A stretch of 64,000 bases of DNA. Origin: Amoebophrya sp. A120 (lineage: Eukaryota > Protista > Dinoflagellata). The position numbers were made by a program, and so were the translations under genes. The notes below the pieces were generated by a model. It saw only the letters and a list, made by a program, of their open reading frames with translations. It did no database searches and was not told where the DNA came from. Below are positions 53,501-64,000 of the stretch, one piece after another. Numbering within the stretch: the first letter of the stretch is position 1; the number at the start of each line of letters is the position of its first letter. The DNA lies in the NCBI GenBank assembly GCA_905178155.1, contig CAJINV010000014.1:426012-490011 (forward strand), in the 5' to 3' direction.

Positions 53501-56500
53501 GTGTAAAAGTATCGCACTCGTATAAATGCCAGACTAGCATGACAAATCTGGTTTCTTACGTATTTTAGCATGACAAACTCAATTTTCATGCTGAGGAAAT
53601 TTGTAATGCATTTATACGAGTACGATACTTTTGCAGTTCATATCGGAGAGCAGGAACGAGATCTGCAGGTCGTACACGTTCCGCGGCATCACGCCGAAGT
53701 GGAAAAACACTGCCTCAAAGTCCTGCCGGCAGTCGAAGAGTACTTTTTGGCACTGCTCGCTCTCCAGCACGGTTTTCAGGTTGGGGTAACAAATGTCGTC
53801 GTCAAACGCCTTCTTCTGCAGCTCCACGAGGTCGACCAGGTAGACGGTTTTCTCCGTTTTCAGAGTCGTGGGTGGAGATATAGATATTGTCGTACTAGCG
53901 GTGTTGCTGACACAAGAACTTGAGGTGCTGCTTCCGGTGTATTCATGAATTTGGTTGTACACGTCGGGGTTTTGGTCCCTGTGAGCAGGGTCCAAGCAGA
54001 ACGGCCCGTCTTTGATTTCCGTTTCCACGGTTTCCTCCACCATGATCTGCATCAGGCACACCTCGCCGGACTTTCCCAACTCCACGCCCTCGACGTCCAT
54101 ACCAAGCAGGCGGAAGGGCTCCTCTCGTGAGGACGATGCTGTTGCTAGCCCACGACCAGGGTCTTGATCTTCGGTAGTTCCTGTTCTACTTGTCGTATCT
54201 CCTTTTATTACAGAACGAACAGAGGATGAAGATGCATCACCTTCGGTCGTAACGGAGGTGGTAATCAAAGAACCTTTATTCTTGTCGTCCTTCGGCGAAG
54301 TAGATGTAGATCTAGAAGGAGTTGCCAACAATCTTTCCGCCAGCTTCTGGACTCCAATCACCGACCCCACCCAGACTATCCGCGGCAGGTGAGCGCGCCA
54401 AATTTTCTCCTGCTCAGAGATCTTTTGCCTCTCCGCCTCCGCATCGAGGAGCTCAGAAGATGCAAAAGCGCCATTTGGCAAGTTTGCTGCAGCTGCACCA
54501 TTCAGCTGCACCCTTTTCAGCAGCTCATCTGTCTTTCTCCTGGATTCCGGGGAGTAGGGCAAAAACCCGCTCGAAGGATTATTTGAAGATGTAGTCGTTT
54601 CCACTCCTGCTCTTTGTCGTTGATGCGCCGACGTCGTCGAGGAAAAGTCGCGCAAATCCAGTTTCTTCGGCATCGGCGGTCTCTCGAATTTCGGGCTCTC
54701 GAGCTCTTTCCCGGTTCGACGATCGATGATTTTGGCGAAAAAAGCCGCGTGAAGAAACCCCTTCGCGTCTCCGGGCGTTAGGAAAACCCCGTTGCGCGCC
54801 TGAAAAAAACGGAGTCCCGCCTTCAGCGCCAACGCAAAATCCACACAAATGATCGCGTCGCAGTCGTCGCGCATGCCGGATATTACGGTTTTTGTGGTTG
54901 ATGGGGTGGGTGCTGTTGAGGTAATCATTTTCGACGTATTACTGGAGGTCAACGCAGACGTTGGCTTTGTTACGATTTGAGAACGTCCTTCATGGCCTTC
55001 GGCTGCAGCACTAGCAACAGACGAGTCCTCGGGCTTCATCTTCTCGGTAGGGGGCTGAGCCTCTTGATGAGGTGGATCTGCTTCTTCTTTCACCTCCTCG
55101 TCCTTCATCTTGAAAAACCCCAGATCTTCCTCGTCTGGGCTATCTCGTCCAGAAGATGACTTGGCAAAGAAGTGAATGTGCTGCCTGGACATTCGGGAAA
55201 GACCACCGGAGGATAAGATATCCGGAATGACGGCGAGGTAGGTTCCGTGGTAAAGGAGGGGGGTGGAAGACGAAGTAGCTGTTGGGGGCCCGTTCTTGCT
55301 GCTGCTTGGTACCACATCGTTCTTTTCGTTTTCAACACCAGCACCGCGAGGGGCTACCTCTGATGAAAAAGCGGAAAACACGGGCGTCATCAAGGCTTCC
55401 TCGTTGATCATGTGGTCCGGCAGGCTGTGGCCCTGCACAGCTCGGACGAACCAAGCGTGCTGCTGGTCTTTTTCACCTCCACGACCTCCCGCAGCAGTAG
55501 GAGCGTCGTCATCTTCTTCGCCTGGAGGTCGTGCCTCTTCATCTACATTTTCTTGCCCAAGAACATCTACGACTTCTTCCCGGTGCAGCAGCTGAAACCG
55601 CTGCTTGTCATTGTGAACGCACACCCAATAGAGCTCCTCGAATGTCAGAGGCACCACGACCGGAGGAGCTGTGTCTTCAACCTTGTTCTGTGTGAGATCC
55701 GCATTCGTACTAGTACCCGCCGTACTGGTGACATAATTTTGTGTCTTGCTTGTTTGCTGTTCAACTTCAAGCCCTTTGGTCGTTTTAGTTCTACTAGCAC
55801 CACTTGTACTAGTACACCTGACTATCTCCGGCATACCCAGGAAGCCTCTGTAGCAGTCCAGTAAGTGTCCGCAGTGCACATACCCATCTTTTGAAATCTT
55901 CAGCTTCTGCCGGTCCGCGCGGTGTCTCAGCGTGGCGGTAAGTTCCCTGCTCACCCATTCGCCTCGGCCTTGCGGGATCTTGTTGTACGCCGATCCGCGG
56001 CCCGCAGGGGTGTAAGCGGTGATGGAGAGGGAAACTAAAACTATTTGTATTTTTCCGGCGTGCTCTCGTGCGTTATTTGTTTCTGCACCATCTTCACAGC
56101 CCGACACAACAGTCCACTCCGCCTGCTCGGGCGGGCAGTAGACTTTTGCGCCGTTCACGTAGACAAAAGCCTCGGATTCCGGCACGGTAGTCGTAAGGAT
56201 GGTTTTTGTCGTGATAGACACATCCGGGCTGCTCGGCGCGGAGAGCGGTTCTTTCACAGGAGCACTCGAGGTGGTGGAGGACATCAAAGCAGTCGTACTG
56301 TCAGTAACAGTGTCGCTCGTGGTGGTACCTTTGCACTGCACGCAATCCTCGAGTAGCTCCCACAGAACGAACTGTTGGTGTTGATTTTGGGGACCAGGTT
56401 TTACTTGTGGCGTTCTTTTAATATCATCTTCTTCCGCACGGGGACAGGAACTGCTTGACGCTGACGAGGAGGAGGCAGCAACTTCTAGTACTCCTGCCGG

Positions 56501-57526
56501 TCGTACGGACTCTGGCTCTGCCTGCCTCGGTATTTCCTCATGATCAGCTAGAACAATCTTGGCCTCCAGGCGGTACGGGTACTCGTGGTAGGCTCTGGAT
56601 CCACTGCTGTACAGCCACTGTCCCGTGAGCGCAGATTGGAGGCGATGGAGGAGCAATGGATCAGGAGGCTCCTGTGCTGGTGAGTGCTGGTCCGTGGCGT
56701 TGGAAGTAGAACCGTTAGCCCTGCTTGAGGTGGAGGAAGATACAGATACTGCAGTGGCGTTAGTCGTTTCTGGTATCGTCTTCACCGCACAGATCTGCAC
56801 CCCTGCGTGACTCGAATGGCGCCAACTCAGCGACGGACCGATCATCTTTTGCTGCCTACTTTTTATTGCAGGTGTGACAGGGCCCTGAGGCTCTTGCGAA
56901 TCAACTGGACCTTGATCGTTTTTAGTTGCGGAGGGCTGGTTGGTACAACCATTGTTTCCTGGCGCGAAAGAACGCGAAGATCTTGCTCCGACTTCTATGG
57001 CAGTACCAACATGCTGTGGCTCCTGTGCAGGCGCGGCATCTTCAGACACGACCCCAAGAACGTTTGAAGATGTCGCCCCAAGAACGTCTTTCCGTTCAAC
57101 CGCCGCAAACCTTCGCGACCACTCAGCCACGGCCTGGAACTCTGGCGTGTTTTTTTTCGGTCTTGCTACCCTCCCCGTCGACTTGTAGCACTCAGCGTCC
57201 GCTCGGTGCAGGAAAAGGCCAAAGATCCCGGTAGTACGTGACTCTGCATACATCACGCCGGAACTTTTCGCCACTTCCTTTAGCACCGTCCGCTCGCCAG
57301 TGTTCAGGTGGCGGCTTGGGGGGAAAAGGTAATGGATGATCTTCGGTGCTTGTTGATCTTCGCCAATGCATTTGCCGTTGTCGGTTGATGTTCCGGCTGT
57401 CTCCGGAGGTCCTCTGTGGTCATCTTGCTGCAGCTTAGGCTTCAGCTTGTTTTCATCTTTTTCGTCTCTTCCTTGCTGCAGCAGGCGGCTGCATGTCGCC
57501 TTGATTTCTTCCCGGAAATCCGTCAT
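50597..57526 (-). CDS. R3H-like + Tpt1/KptA RNA 2'-phosphotransferase + DEDDy (EXD/Egalitarian-like) 3'-5' exonuclease fusion; exons 53643-57526, 52837-53489, 52454-52519, 51565-52193, 51355-51408, 50597-51022
   Basis: Tpt1 motifs SRELTATLRH, NDKQRF, VRAVQGHS, LYHGT, GLSRMSRQHIHF, SGMR, NGVFLTPG. Exo motifs GMDVEG, FDCRQD, VYDLQI, WAERP...YAAVDVSYL. Five introners removed give in-frame joins (LLSESVG, KLANPE, AVERAIY, LHYVSS, RHFWTE). Confidence 0.85.
51028..51354. mobile_element. Introner, perfect DR aaagt
   Basis: tattaagaggaaaaatccccc..ctccccatatc / gatatggggagg..ggggatttttcctgttgata. Confidence 0.88.
51414..51564. mobile_element. Introner, DR gtaat/ataat
   Basis: tatccacagtaaatttcccgtacacgtacaaa / tttgtacatgtacgggatatttacattgcata. 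Confidence 0.88.
52199..52453. mobile_element. Introner, perfect DR tctcg
   Basis: tatcaaatgtaaaaatgtctgg / ccagggatttttacatttgata; family of 6938-7199. Confidence 0.9.
52525..52836. mobile_element. Introner with ~55-bp TIR, perfect DR tcgcc
   Basis: tatggatgtgtcaggatcgaaatcgacaaaat / attttgtcgatttcgatcctgacacatccata. Confidence 0.93.
53495..53642. mobile_element. Introner, perfect DR tcgga
   Basis: tatgcagtgtaaaagtatcgcactcgtataaatgc / gcatttatacgagtacgatacttttgcagttcata; right half nearly identical to that of 61141-61292. Confidence 0.92.
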
Positions 57527-58574
57527 GATATTTCTATCGTGCTCCGGAGTGAATTTTTAGAATTACTACACGTTATAGGTCGGGTGAAACTGGAGCCGGA
57601 TGAATTGAATGGTAAAGAAGTACGTCGCGTTCCGCCGAAGTGAAACTAACTACATAGTTGCTAAGCGTCGATCGAGTTTAGAAAAAACTACTTAAAACAG
57701 CAGCAAAACGAATTTTGATGATGAATGTCGCTGAGATTTCTGTACACGCTGTTTATCATGGCCAGGAACAGGATGTGGTGACCGCTCTTTCGAAGTAGAG
57801 GACTTTACTATGAGGCGAACTACATCTTGTAGGTGCCGTGCAAAAAGTGTTGTAGTGCTAGGCCAATTTTTTCTGTACCAAGATCTACTTCTGGAGATCC
57901 TCATTTTCAACCAAAAAATCTAGCAAGTCAGATGAGCTCCAGCACCGGTCGACGAGGGTCTTCACAACTGTTGCAGCCACGATCGTGAGTTGTTGGTGTG
58001 CGGAGGTGCAATCTTCATCACAGTGCGATCTTCTCACTCTTGTTGTTCGTCGAAGATGATCTCGTTATAGGGAAGAACAAGACCACCACCCTTTGAATTT
58101 GATGGAAACGATGTAGACCAAGCAATCTGAAAAATCCACACGACGACGATGCCGAGAGGCAGAAAAAACAATATGGCGCAACCTTCTTCGGTACTGTAGT
58201 AGCTACCAAGGTTTTTCTGCCGAGAGGCAGAAAAAACAAACACTGAGGAGCTGAGAAGACCACGAAATCAGAGAGTCAATGCGGTACGAACAAAGTATTG
58301 TATTCATTTTGATTTTCATGAGATTGTTGACAAGAAAATAACAGGACTCTTAACGTCAGCAGACGTCCAACCACCTGCAGAGTTTGTTAGCAGTGGGAAT
58401 TTTGCTGAAAGTGAAAGAATGCAGTATCTATTTAGCTCGTTCATCATCATGTATAGAAGATGAGGCCGCGCACCCACAACAACTTGCCGCACTACATGTT
58501 GCGGGAATTCATTTTCACGACCCAGCAACAGTACGACTTGTCGTGTCATCAGAAGTCTTGTCACCAAAACATGA

Positions 58575-58628
58575 TCACACTTGAAACGGGTGTTTGTTCC
58601 TGACTACTACGGCTTTCTGTGGTCTGGT
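58575..58628. repeat. 54-bp duplicate of the last codons and stop of the NEK gene (59691-59744)
   Basis: tcacacttgaaacgggtgtttgttcct(g/c)actactacggctttctgtggtctggt in both places. Confidence 0.85.
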
Positions 58629-59690
58629 TCGACTGATTCTCAGCAGCACGAATCGTGCTCGACGTCGACATGATTTTGCAAAAGATCAAATAAATCCTAA
58701 GCAACAAGAAGAAATACCCAGAAAGATGGTATCACACTCAAAGCACTGCTCGTCCGAAAATGTGTTCAGAATGCTAGCGTCAAGAGTAAGTAGCTTGCAT
58801 TTAACACTGTATCACGTCGTTGTCGTAGTCGCAACTAGTAGAGTTATGCGTGATATCGACGTCGCGATTAATGCGAGTTCACGCACAAAAGCGGGAAGCC
58901 ATAGAATTAGAAAGTAGAAGAAAAAAATCAGTCTAAAAGCAAAAACAATGCTATTGATGAGATCTAAATAGGTAATTGACTCGGAGCACCCGCGAGCTGT
59001 GAAGACAATCACAATTATACCGCCTGAAGAACCAACTCCAATGAGGTTTTGATGTCAACAAGTCATTAGTGAGACGGATGGCCATTCGCCTTTGCTCATG
59101 ATCTATATCTTTTTTGTGGATCATCATGCATACACATTCGGAAAGTCTGTCTCTGTCTCTCTGTTCTTCGAGAAAAAAAATCACAATGTTGAGATCCAAA
59201 CGCCTTGTTCGCTTTCCCCTTAGATCATCGTTCTGCGTCTTCTACAATATAGTTCTTTCCAGATTCTACATCGGGTTCGGGACTGAGCGAGGAAAAGCGT
59301 TTCTTTTACCACATCAAGGCGATAAGTTGAGAAATCAACATTGGGTTTTGGAAATCAAAAATTCGCTTCGACGAAATATCTTTTTCCAACACTCGCTGAT
59401 GTAGGAGAACAGATTCCTCACGGCAGCGGCTGAAGCATCTCTGGGGGTGCCAGTGCTTTAGAAGAAAGCGCAGAAAGCAGGGTGCTGTGCCCGTTTTCAA
59501 ATTGAAGACGGGAACAGTGCCTTGCTGCTCGTTACGATTAACTCAGCCTCCTCGACTTAGCTGGTTTTTTCTACTATCGCTTTTGTTTCTCCGACCGAGC
59601 AAAAGTAGGCAGACCTCACCTCTCTTCTGTTAATTTCAATGGTCACTGCATTTGTCCTAACAAGACAGACATTCACGAGCCTAGTAATCC

Positions 59691-62600
59691 TCACACTTGA
59701 AACGGGTGTTTGTTCCTCACTACTACGGCTTTCTGTGGTCTGGTCTTCGCGCTTTTCGGTGACCTCGAAGCGGATGAGCCGGCAGTCGAATTTTTGTACA
59801 ACTTTCCGTCTGTTGCTGCAGCGGCGCCAAGGGCGAAATTAGTATCCGGGTGCGGCATTTGTTGCGCCGCGGCCATTTCATTTGAAGATACCACGTTGGC
59901 TCCTGCTGTGGGTTGCTGATATTGTTGCTTTGCTTTTGCACCTTTCATCGTCGGGTGAGGCAGCGGCAATTCCAGATTCTGTTCAGCTGCGGAGGTGGAG
60001 CCGCCACCAGCACCTGCGGTCGTGTAAAAATACGGAGGCTGCTGCTGCAGACCACCGCTCGACGAGTCGTGTGATGCTACCTGGTCGGAGTCGGAAGCCC
60101 CTGCTGCGAGAGGGAGTTCAGCAACTACGCCAGCGGTTGTTGTTTCACCGACATAATTTAATGCTCCAGGAGCGGCCCCACCCCCGCCCTCTTTCTGATG
60201 TTCCTCCCCGCCGATAGAAACTTCCTGCAGCCGGTATTGCAGAGACTCGATCGTCATCTGCGACTTGTTGATAGCATTCATGCAGGCCTCAATCTGGGCG
60301 TGAATCGAAGCAATCTCATGTCTCCGGGTTCGTGACCTGGAGCTCGTCGCCCGACTCACGGTGTTCATCTTCGTACTCTGCGACGTTTGATGTCGTGGCC
60401 CACCTCGCTCTGGCAGTACCTCTGGCGCTTCGTGCTGGTGCTGATGTGGTGGGGCTCCTACACCCGCTCGTGGTCCAGGGGAGCCTTGCACATGCTTATG
60501 CTGCTGCTGCATTCGATGCTGTGATGAAGGAGACTGATGCGGCAAACCTGCGACGTTGTCGTGAAGACTAGCTGCAGCTTTATATCCCGCCGCGGGGCCC
60601 GCAAAAAGTGATGTCCCGTCGTCGGAGAAAACGGGGCTGAGCGGTTCCGGTTCGATGGGCATTTTGGTGGCAAAATTTGCCGTGTTCGGGGGCGAGTTCA
60701 TCACTTTCGGGCGGCACGACGAAAACGGATTTCGCAGGTTCTCGTCGGAAATGTGCGCAAACTCGGTTTTCAGCGCTTCCTCCTCCCCGGTTGGTTTGTG
60801 GTTGGTGGCGGCTAGTAGATTATTGCTTTGCAAGTGATTATTTGCAGCTTCTGCAGCAGTTCCAACATCCGTAGCACCAGGATGTTGCCCACCACCACTC
60901 CGCGCCGGATCTAGTACGTGATCTACTTCTCCCCCACTTCTTGGCTCTTGCTGGTCCTGCGTTGTACTACTACTGCCTCTATACGCATTGGGTTCGTCCA
61001 TTTCCCCCGCGCCCGCACCATTCAGCGTCCACTGAAGCGAGTTGTCATAGTTTACCACCCGTTGGTCCGGGCTCGTGCTGCGCGTCTGGTTTATGTTGTT
61101 ACTGCCCATCTCCTGCCACCAGTGCCGGTGTTGGGACTGCTATCCTGTGCAAAAGTATCGCACTCGTAGTGAAAATTGCAATCATGCATTACAAATCTTG
61201 TTCCCATGGCAAATCTGCATTACAAATTTCATTTCTCATGCTGAGGAAATTTGTAATGCATTTATACGAGTACGATGCTTTTGCAATTCATAACTGCTTT
61301 CCGCGAGCGAATTTCTGGTCCACATTGTACTTCGGCGACATGGACATAGACTGGTTTTGGTTGTACTGTGGCTGGGTGTAGGGATTCATCGGGTTATTTT
61401 GGTTTTGATTCTGCATTTGGACGAGTTGCTGATGCTGCTGTACCGCCGGACTGTGATTCATCTGCTGGTGCTGCTGGTGGTGCAACCCCCCGCCTCGCAA
61501 AACCGGGGACTGGGAAGAAAACTGCCGCTGTTGTTGGTCTGCTTGCGGGGGTCCAGCAGCAGGCTCCTGCACCAGGTAAGGATTGTAGTTGTCCTGGTAG
61601 GTCGTGGTAGGCGAAAGTGGATGAAGATGTTGATCTGCTGGTGGATATTGAGGGTCAAGAACACCGGTAGTCGAATTGCAAGGCGGCTCGCCAACAACTC
61701 CACCTCTATCCGGCATGCTGTGTCCCCACTTGTCGCTGATCGCTCTTCTCCTCGCCTGCTCCGCTTCGTAAGCGTTCGCTGCCTGAATGTACCGCGCTTC
61801 CTGCTCGTACCTGTGCCGCGCGCTCTGCTCCTTGTACTGCTTTTCCCAGAGAATCTTCTCCTGCTGCGAGCGAAACTGATAGTTGTTCACACCTTGTTGC
61901 TGCGGACTCAGTTGCAGGTGCGGTGGTTGCGAGTGGTTCTGATTTTGATTTATTTGCGGATGATGTGCAGTATTAGCTGCATTTTGGTGTAATGACTCTC
62001 CAGGAAGCGGTACGGCGACGGTCGTTGTGTCTTCGTTGTTGCCCCCGCCCGCACCGAAATTGTTCGCTGAGCTACTCGTGTAGTCGTCCTCATCTGAGTC
62101 CAAGTCCGACCGGGAACTGCTGCAACTGTCGTCCTCCCCATCCTCGCCGACTTTCAAACTCAGCAGAGTCCGCTTCGTCTCCTCCAAGCAGCGCAGCTGC
62201 TCCTCTTGCTTCGCACGCTCCTGTTTCAGCCGTAAAAGCTTGTTCTGGATGTTCTGCAGGTCGCGCGCCACCTGCTCCTGCACCTTCCTCTGCGCCTGCT
62301 GTTCCTGGTGCTGGTGCTGGCCTGCGAGACCACCGGGCACAGGGGGTCCGTGCTGGTGTTGCTCGCGGTGGTTGATGTTGCTGTTCACCTGGTTGTCTAT
62401 TTTTCCCGCTGCGCCTTTATTGTTGTTGCCTTCCTGCTGTTGGTCACGATCGTTGCCTGGCGGCCCTCCGGGTGCAGCTCCAGCAGGTCCAGCATTTGGT
62501 ACTACCTGTCCACCAGCTGCACCTCCCGGCCCGCTTCCCCCGCCCCGCGGCGCTACCAGCTGCCCGAGGCCCAAGCTCGAAAACTGGTCGACGTACATGG

Positions 62601-63910
62601 CCTGCAGCTCCTGTCTCTCAGCGCTGTCGTAGGAACTCCCGCAAACCACCATTTTGATCATGGTTTTGATTTTGCGCCGGATGATCGGCAGGTGCAGCAT
62701 CTCGCTGATGCTGGGCCGGTGCTGCGGGTTCACGGACAACAGGGATTTTATCAGCGTTTGGATCTCCTTCGAGCACTTTACGTTGTTCGGAATCGGGGTG
62801 AACTTGCCCTTCAACACCTTGATATGGCGTTCTCAACTGTTACATTCTCTATTGTTACATGGATTTGTGATGCAAGAATGGGAAAAGTGAAAAGGGGGCA
62901 CTGCGCGTCTTGCATGACAGATCTGGCGCAGATTATCAGCCTGCTTGGCCCTTCCAGAATTTGCCATGCAGAGCAGCAGCTTGATCCTGTAGATGATAGA
63001 GATAGTGGTAGTTTTGCATGACAAATCGTGTGACAGTTGAGAATGTAACGTTTGAGAATCCCATACTTGACCGCCAGCCCGTTCAAGCTGTTGGCGCCGA
63101 ACGCGTGCTTCCCGCAAATCAGCTCGTACAACACGCACCCGATGCCCCATATGGGATTCTCAAACGTTACATTCTCAACTGTTACATGATTTGTCATGCA
63201 AGAACAGCAATAGGGAAAGGGGCCGGCTTGCAATTCTCGCATCACAAATTCGACACAGATTTAGATGTTGTTTAGCCCTTCGAGAATTTGTCATGCGAAG
63301 CAGCTTGATGGTCTGGCGGCTCATGGTCAATTTGCATGACAAATCATGTAACAGTTGAGAGTGTAACGTTTGAGAGCCCCATACCCCAGATGTCCGACTT
63401 GTAGCTGTAGGAGGCGTTCTTGAACACTTCGGGGGACATGTAGAAGGGGGTCCCGATCTGCGTGCGGGCCAGGTAGTCCTTGCTGCCTTCCAGCACCTTG
63501 GCGATCCCGAAGTCCCCGAGTTTGATCATGCGGTAGTGGGCCGGGGGGAGCGCGACCAAGTGGACCGCAGCACTGTGCGGGTTTTGGTGTTGCTGGGTCT
63601 GCTGCGCGGCGGCCAGGATGCCCGAGTGGAGAAAGATGTTCTGCGTTTTCAGGTCCCGGTGCAGAATGCTCCGCGCGTGCAGAAACTGCACGGCCGCCAC
63701 GATCTGAATCAGCCAGTCAATCAGCATCGGCTCCTCGGCGGCGGACTGGATGGGCTGGGACTTTCGGTTTTTCTGCAAGTACGTGTACAAATCACCGGAA
63801 TCGCAGTACGCCATCAGAATGCAGAGGTGGTCGCCGTGGAGAAAGTTGTCCCGGTACGCGACGATGTTTGGGTGCCGAATTCCCGCGAGCAGGGCCACTT
63901 CTTGCTCCAC
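59691..63910 (-). CDS. NEK: NIMA-related (NEK) Ser/Thr kinase with long low-complexity tail, 5' end off window; exons 63384-63910, 63066-63144, 61293-62817, 59691-61135
   Basis: HPNIVAY, HRDLKTQNIFL, KLGDFGIAKVL, TQIGTPFYMSPE; spliced SDIWGIGCVLYELICGKHAF and LAVKVLKGKF; AG acceptor at 63911-63912. Confidence 0.92.
61141..61292. mobile_element. Introner, perfect DR actgc
   Basis: tatcctgtgcaaaagtatcgcactcgta / tacgagtacgatgcttttgcaattcata; join GKQSQHRHWWQEMGSNN. Confidence 0.92.
62823..63065. mobile_element. Introner, perfect DR cttga
   Basis: tatggcgttctcaactgttacattctc / gagaatgtaacgtttgagaatcccata. Confidence 0.92.
63150..63383. mobile_element. Introner with ~52-bp TIR, perfect DR cccca
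   Basis: tatgggattctcaaacgttacattctcaactgttacatgatttgtcatgcaa and its inverse; interrupts kinase DIWG|IGC. Confidence 0.95.
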
Positions 63911-64000
63911 CTGAGAGTGTCAAAATGATCGTGTCGGAGGTCGACCACAGATTTTTGTTTTTTCCCACATGCAATTTTACGAAATTATGTCCAGCACCTG

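Noticed and set aside
58150-58240. 21-bp direct repeat tgccgagaggcagaaaaaaca as a regulatory or mobile feature
   Set aside because: Two copies only, with no TIR/TSD structure; most likely a small local duplication.
50597-63910. Fragmented ORFs as pseudogenes or programmed frameshifts
   Set aside because: Each break coincides with a TIR element whose removal restores intact catalytic motifs.
1-64000. Autonomous transposase, rRNA or tRNA genes
   Set aside because: No DDE/reverse-transcriptase motifs or recognisable structural RNA seen by eye; a covariance/HMM search was not possible.

Overview
Eukaryotic, intron-containing DNA in which every credible gene lies on the minus strand. The proteins are padded with Q/S/G/T low-complexity inserts, and many introns are non-canonical. 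This pattern matches the syndinian dinoflagellate parasite Amoebophrya (inference, not a database hit). Contents: (1) 1-23.5 kb, a tandem array (~10.2-kb period) of 2 complete copies and 1 partial copy of a large single-pass membrane protein gene with GQSNQ/GGSSGA repeats and a duplicated domain that may be a catalytically dead OTU-like fold; (2) a large low-complexity TM protein gene (~26-32 kb); (3) a 3.47-kb Foldback-like element with 118-bp TIRs, a 9-bp TSD and two internal minisatellites; (4) a >1700-aa low-complexity coiled-coil protein; (5) eIF3 subunit M; (6) an R3H-like + Tpt1/KptA RNA 2'-phosphotransferase + DEDDy 3'-5' exonuclease fusion gene; (7) a NIMA/NEK kinase. About 20 'introner' elements interrupt coding sequence. 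They have TAT...ATA termini, terminal inverted repeats and 5-bp direct repeats, and most carry an internal GCAT(G/C/T)ACAA motif. Removing element + 5 nt restores the reading frame in every case I checked by hand, usually without GT-AG. All junctions were worked out by eye and lack transcript confirmation.
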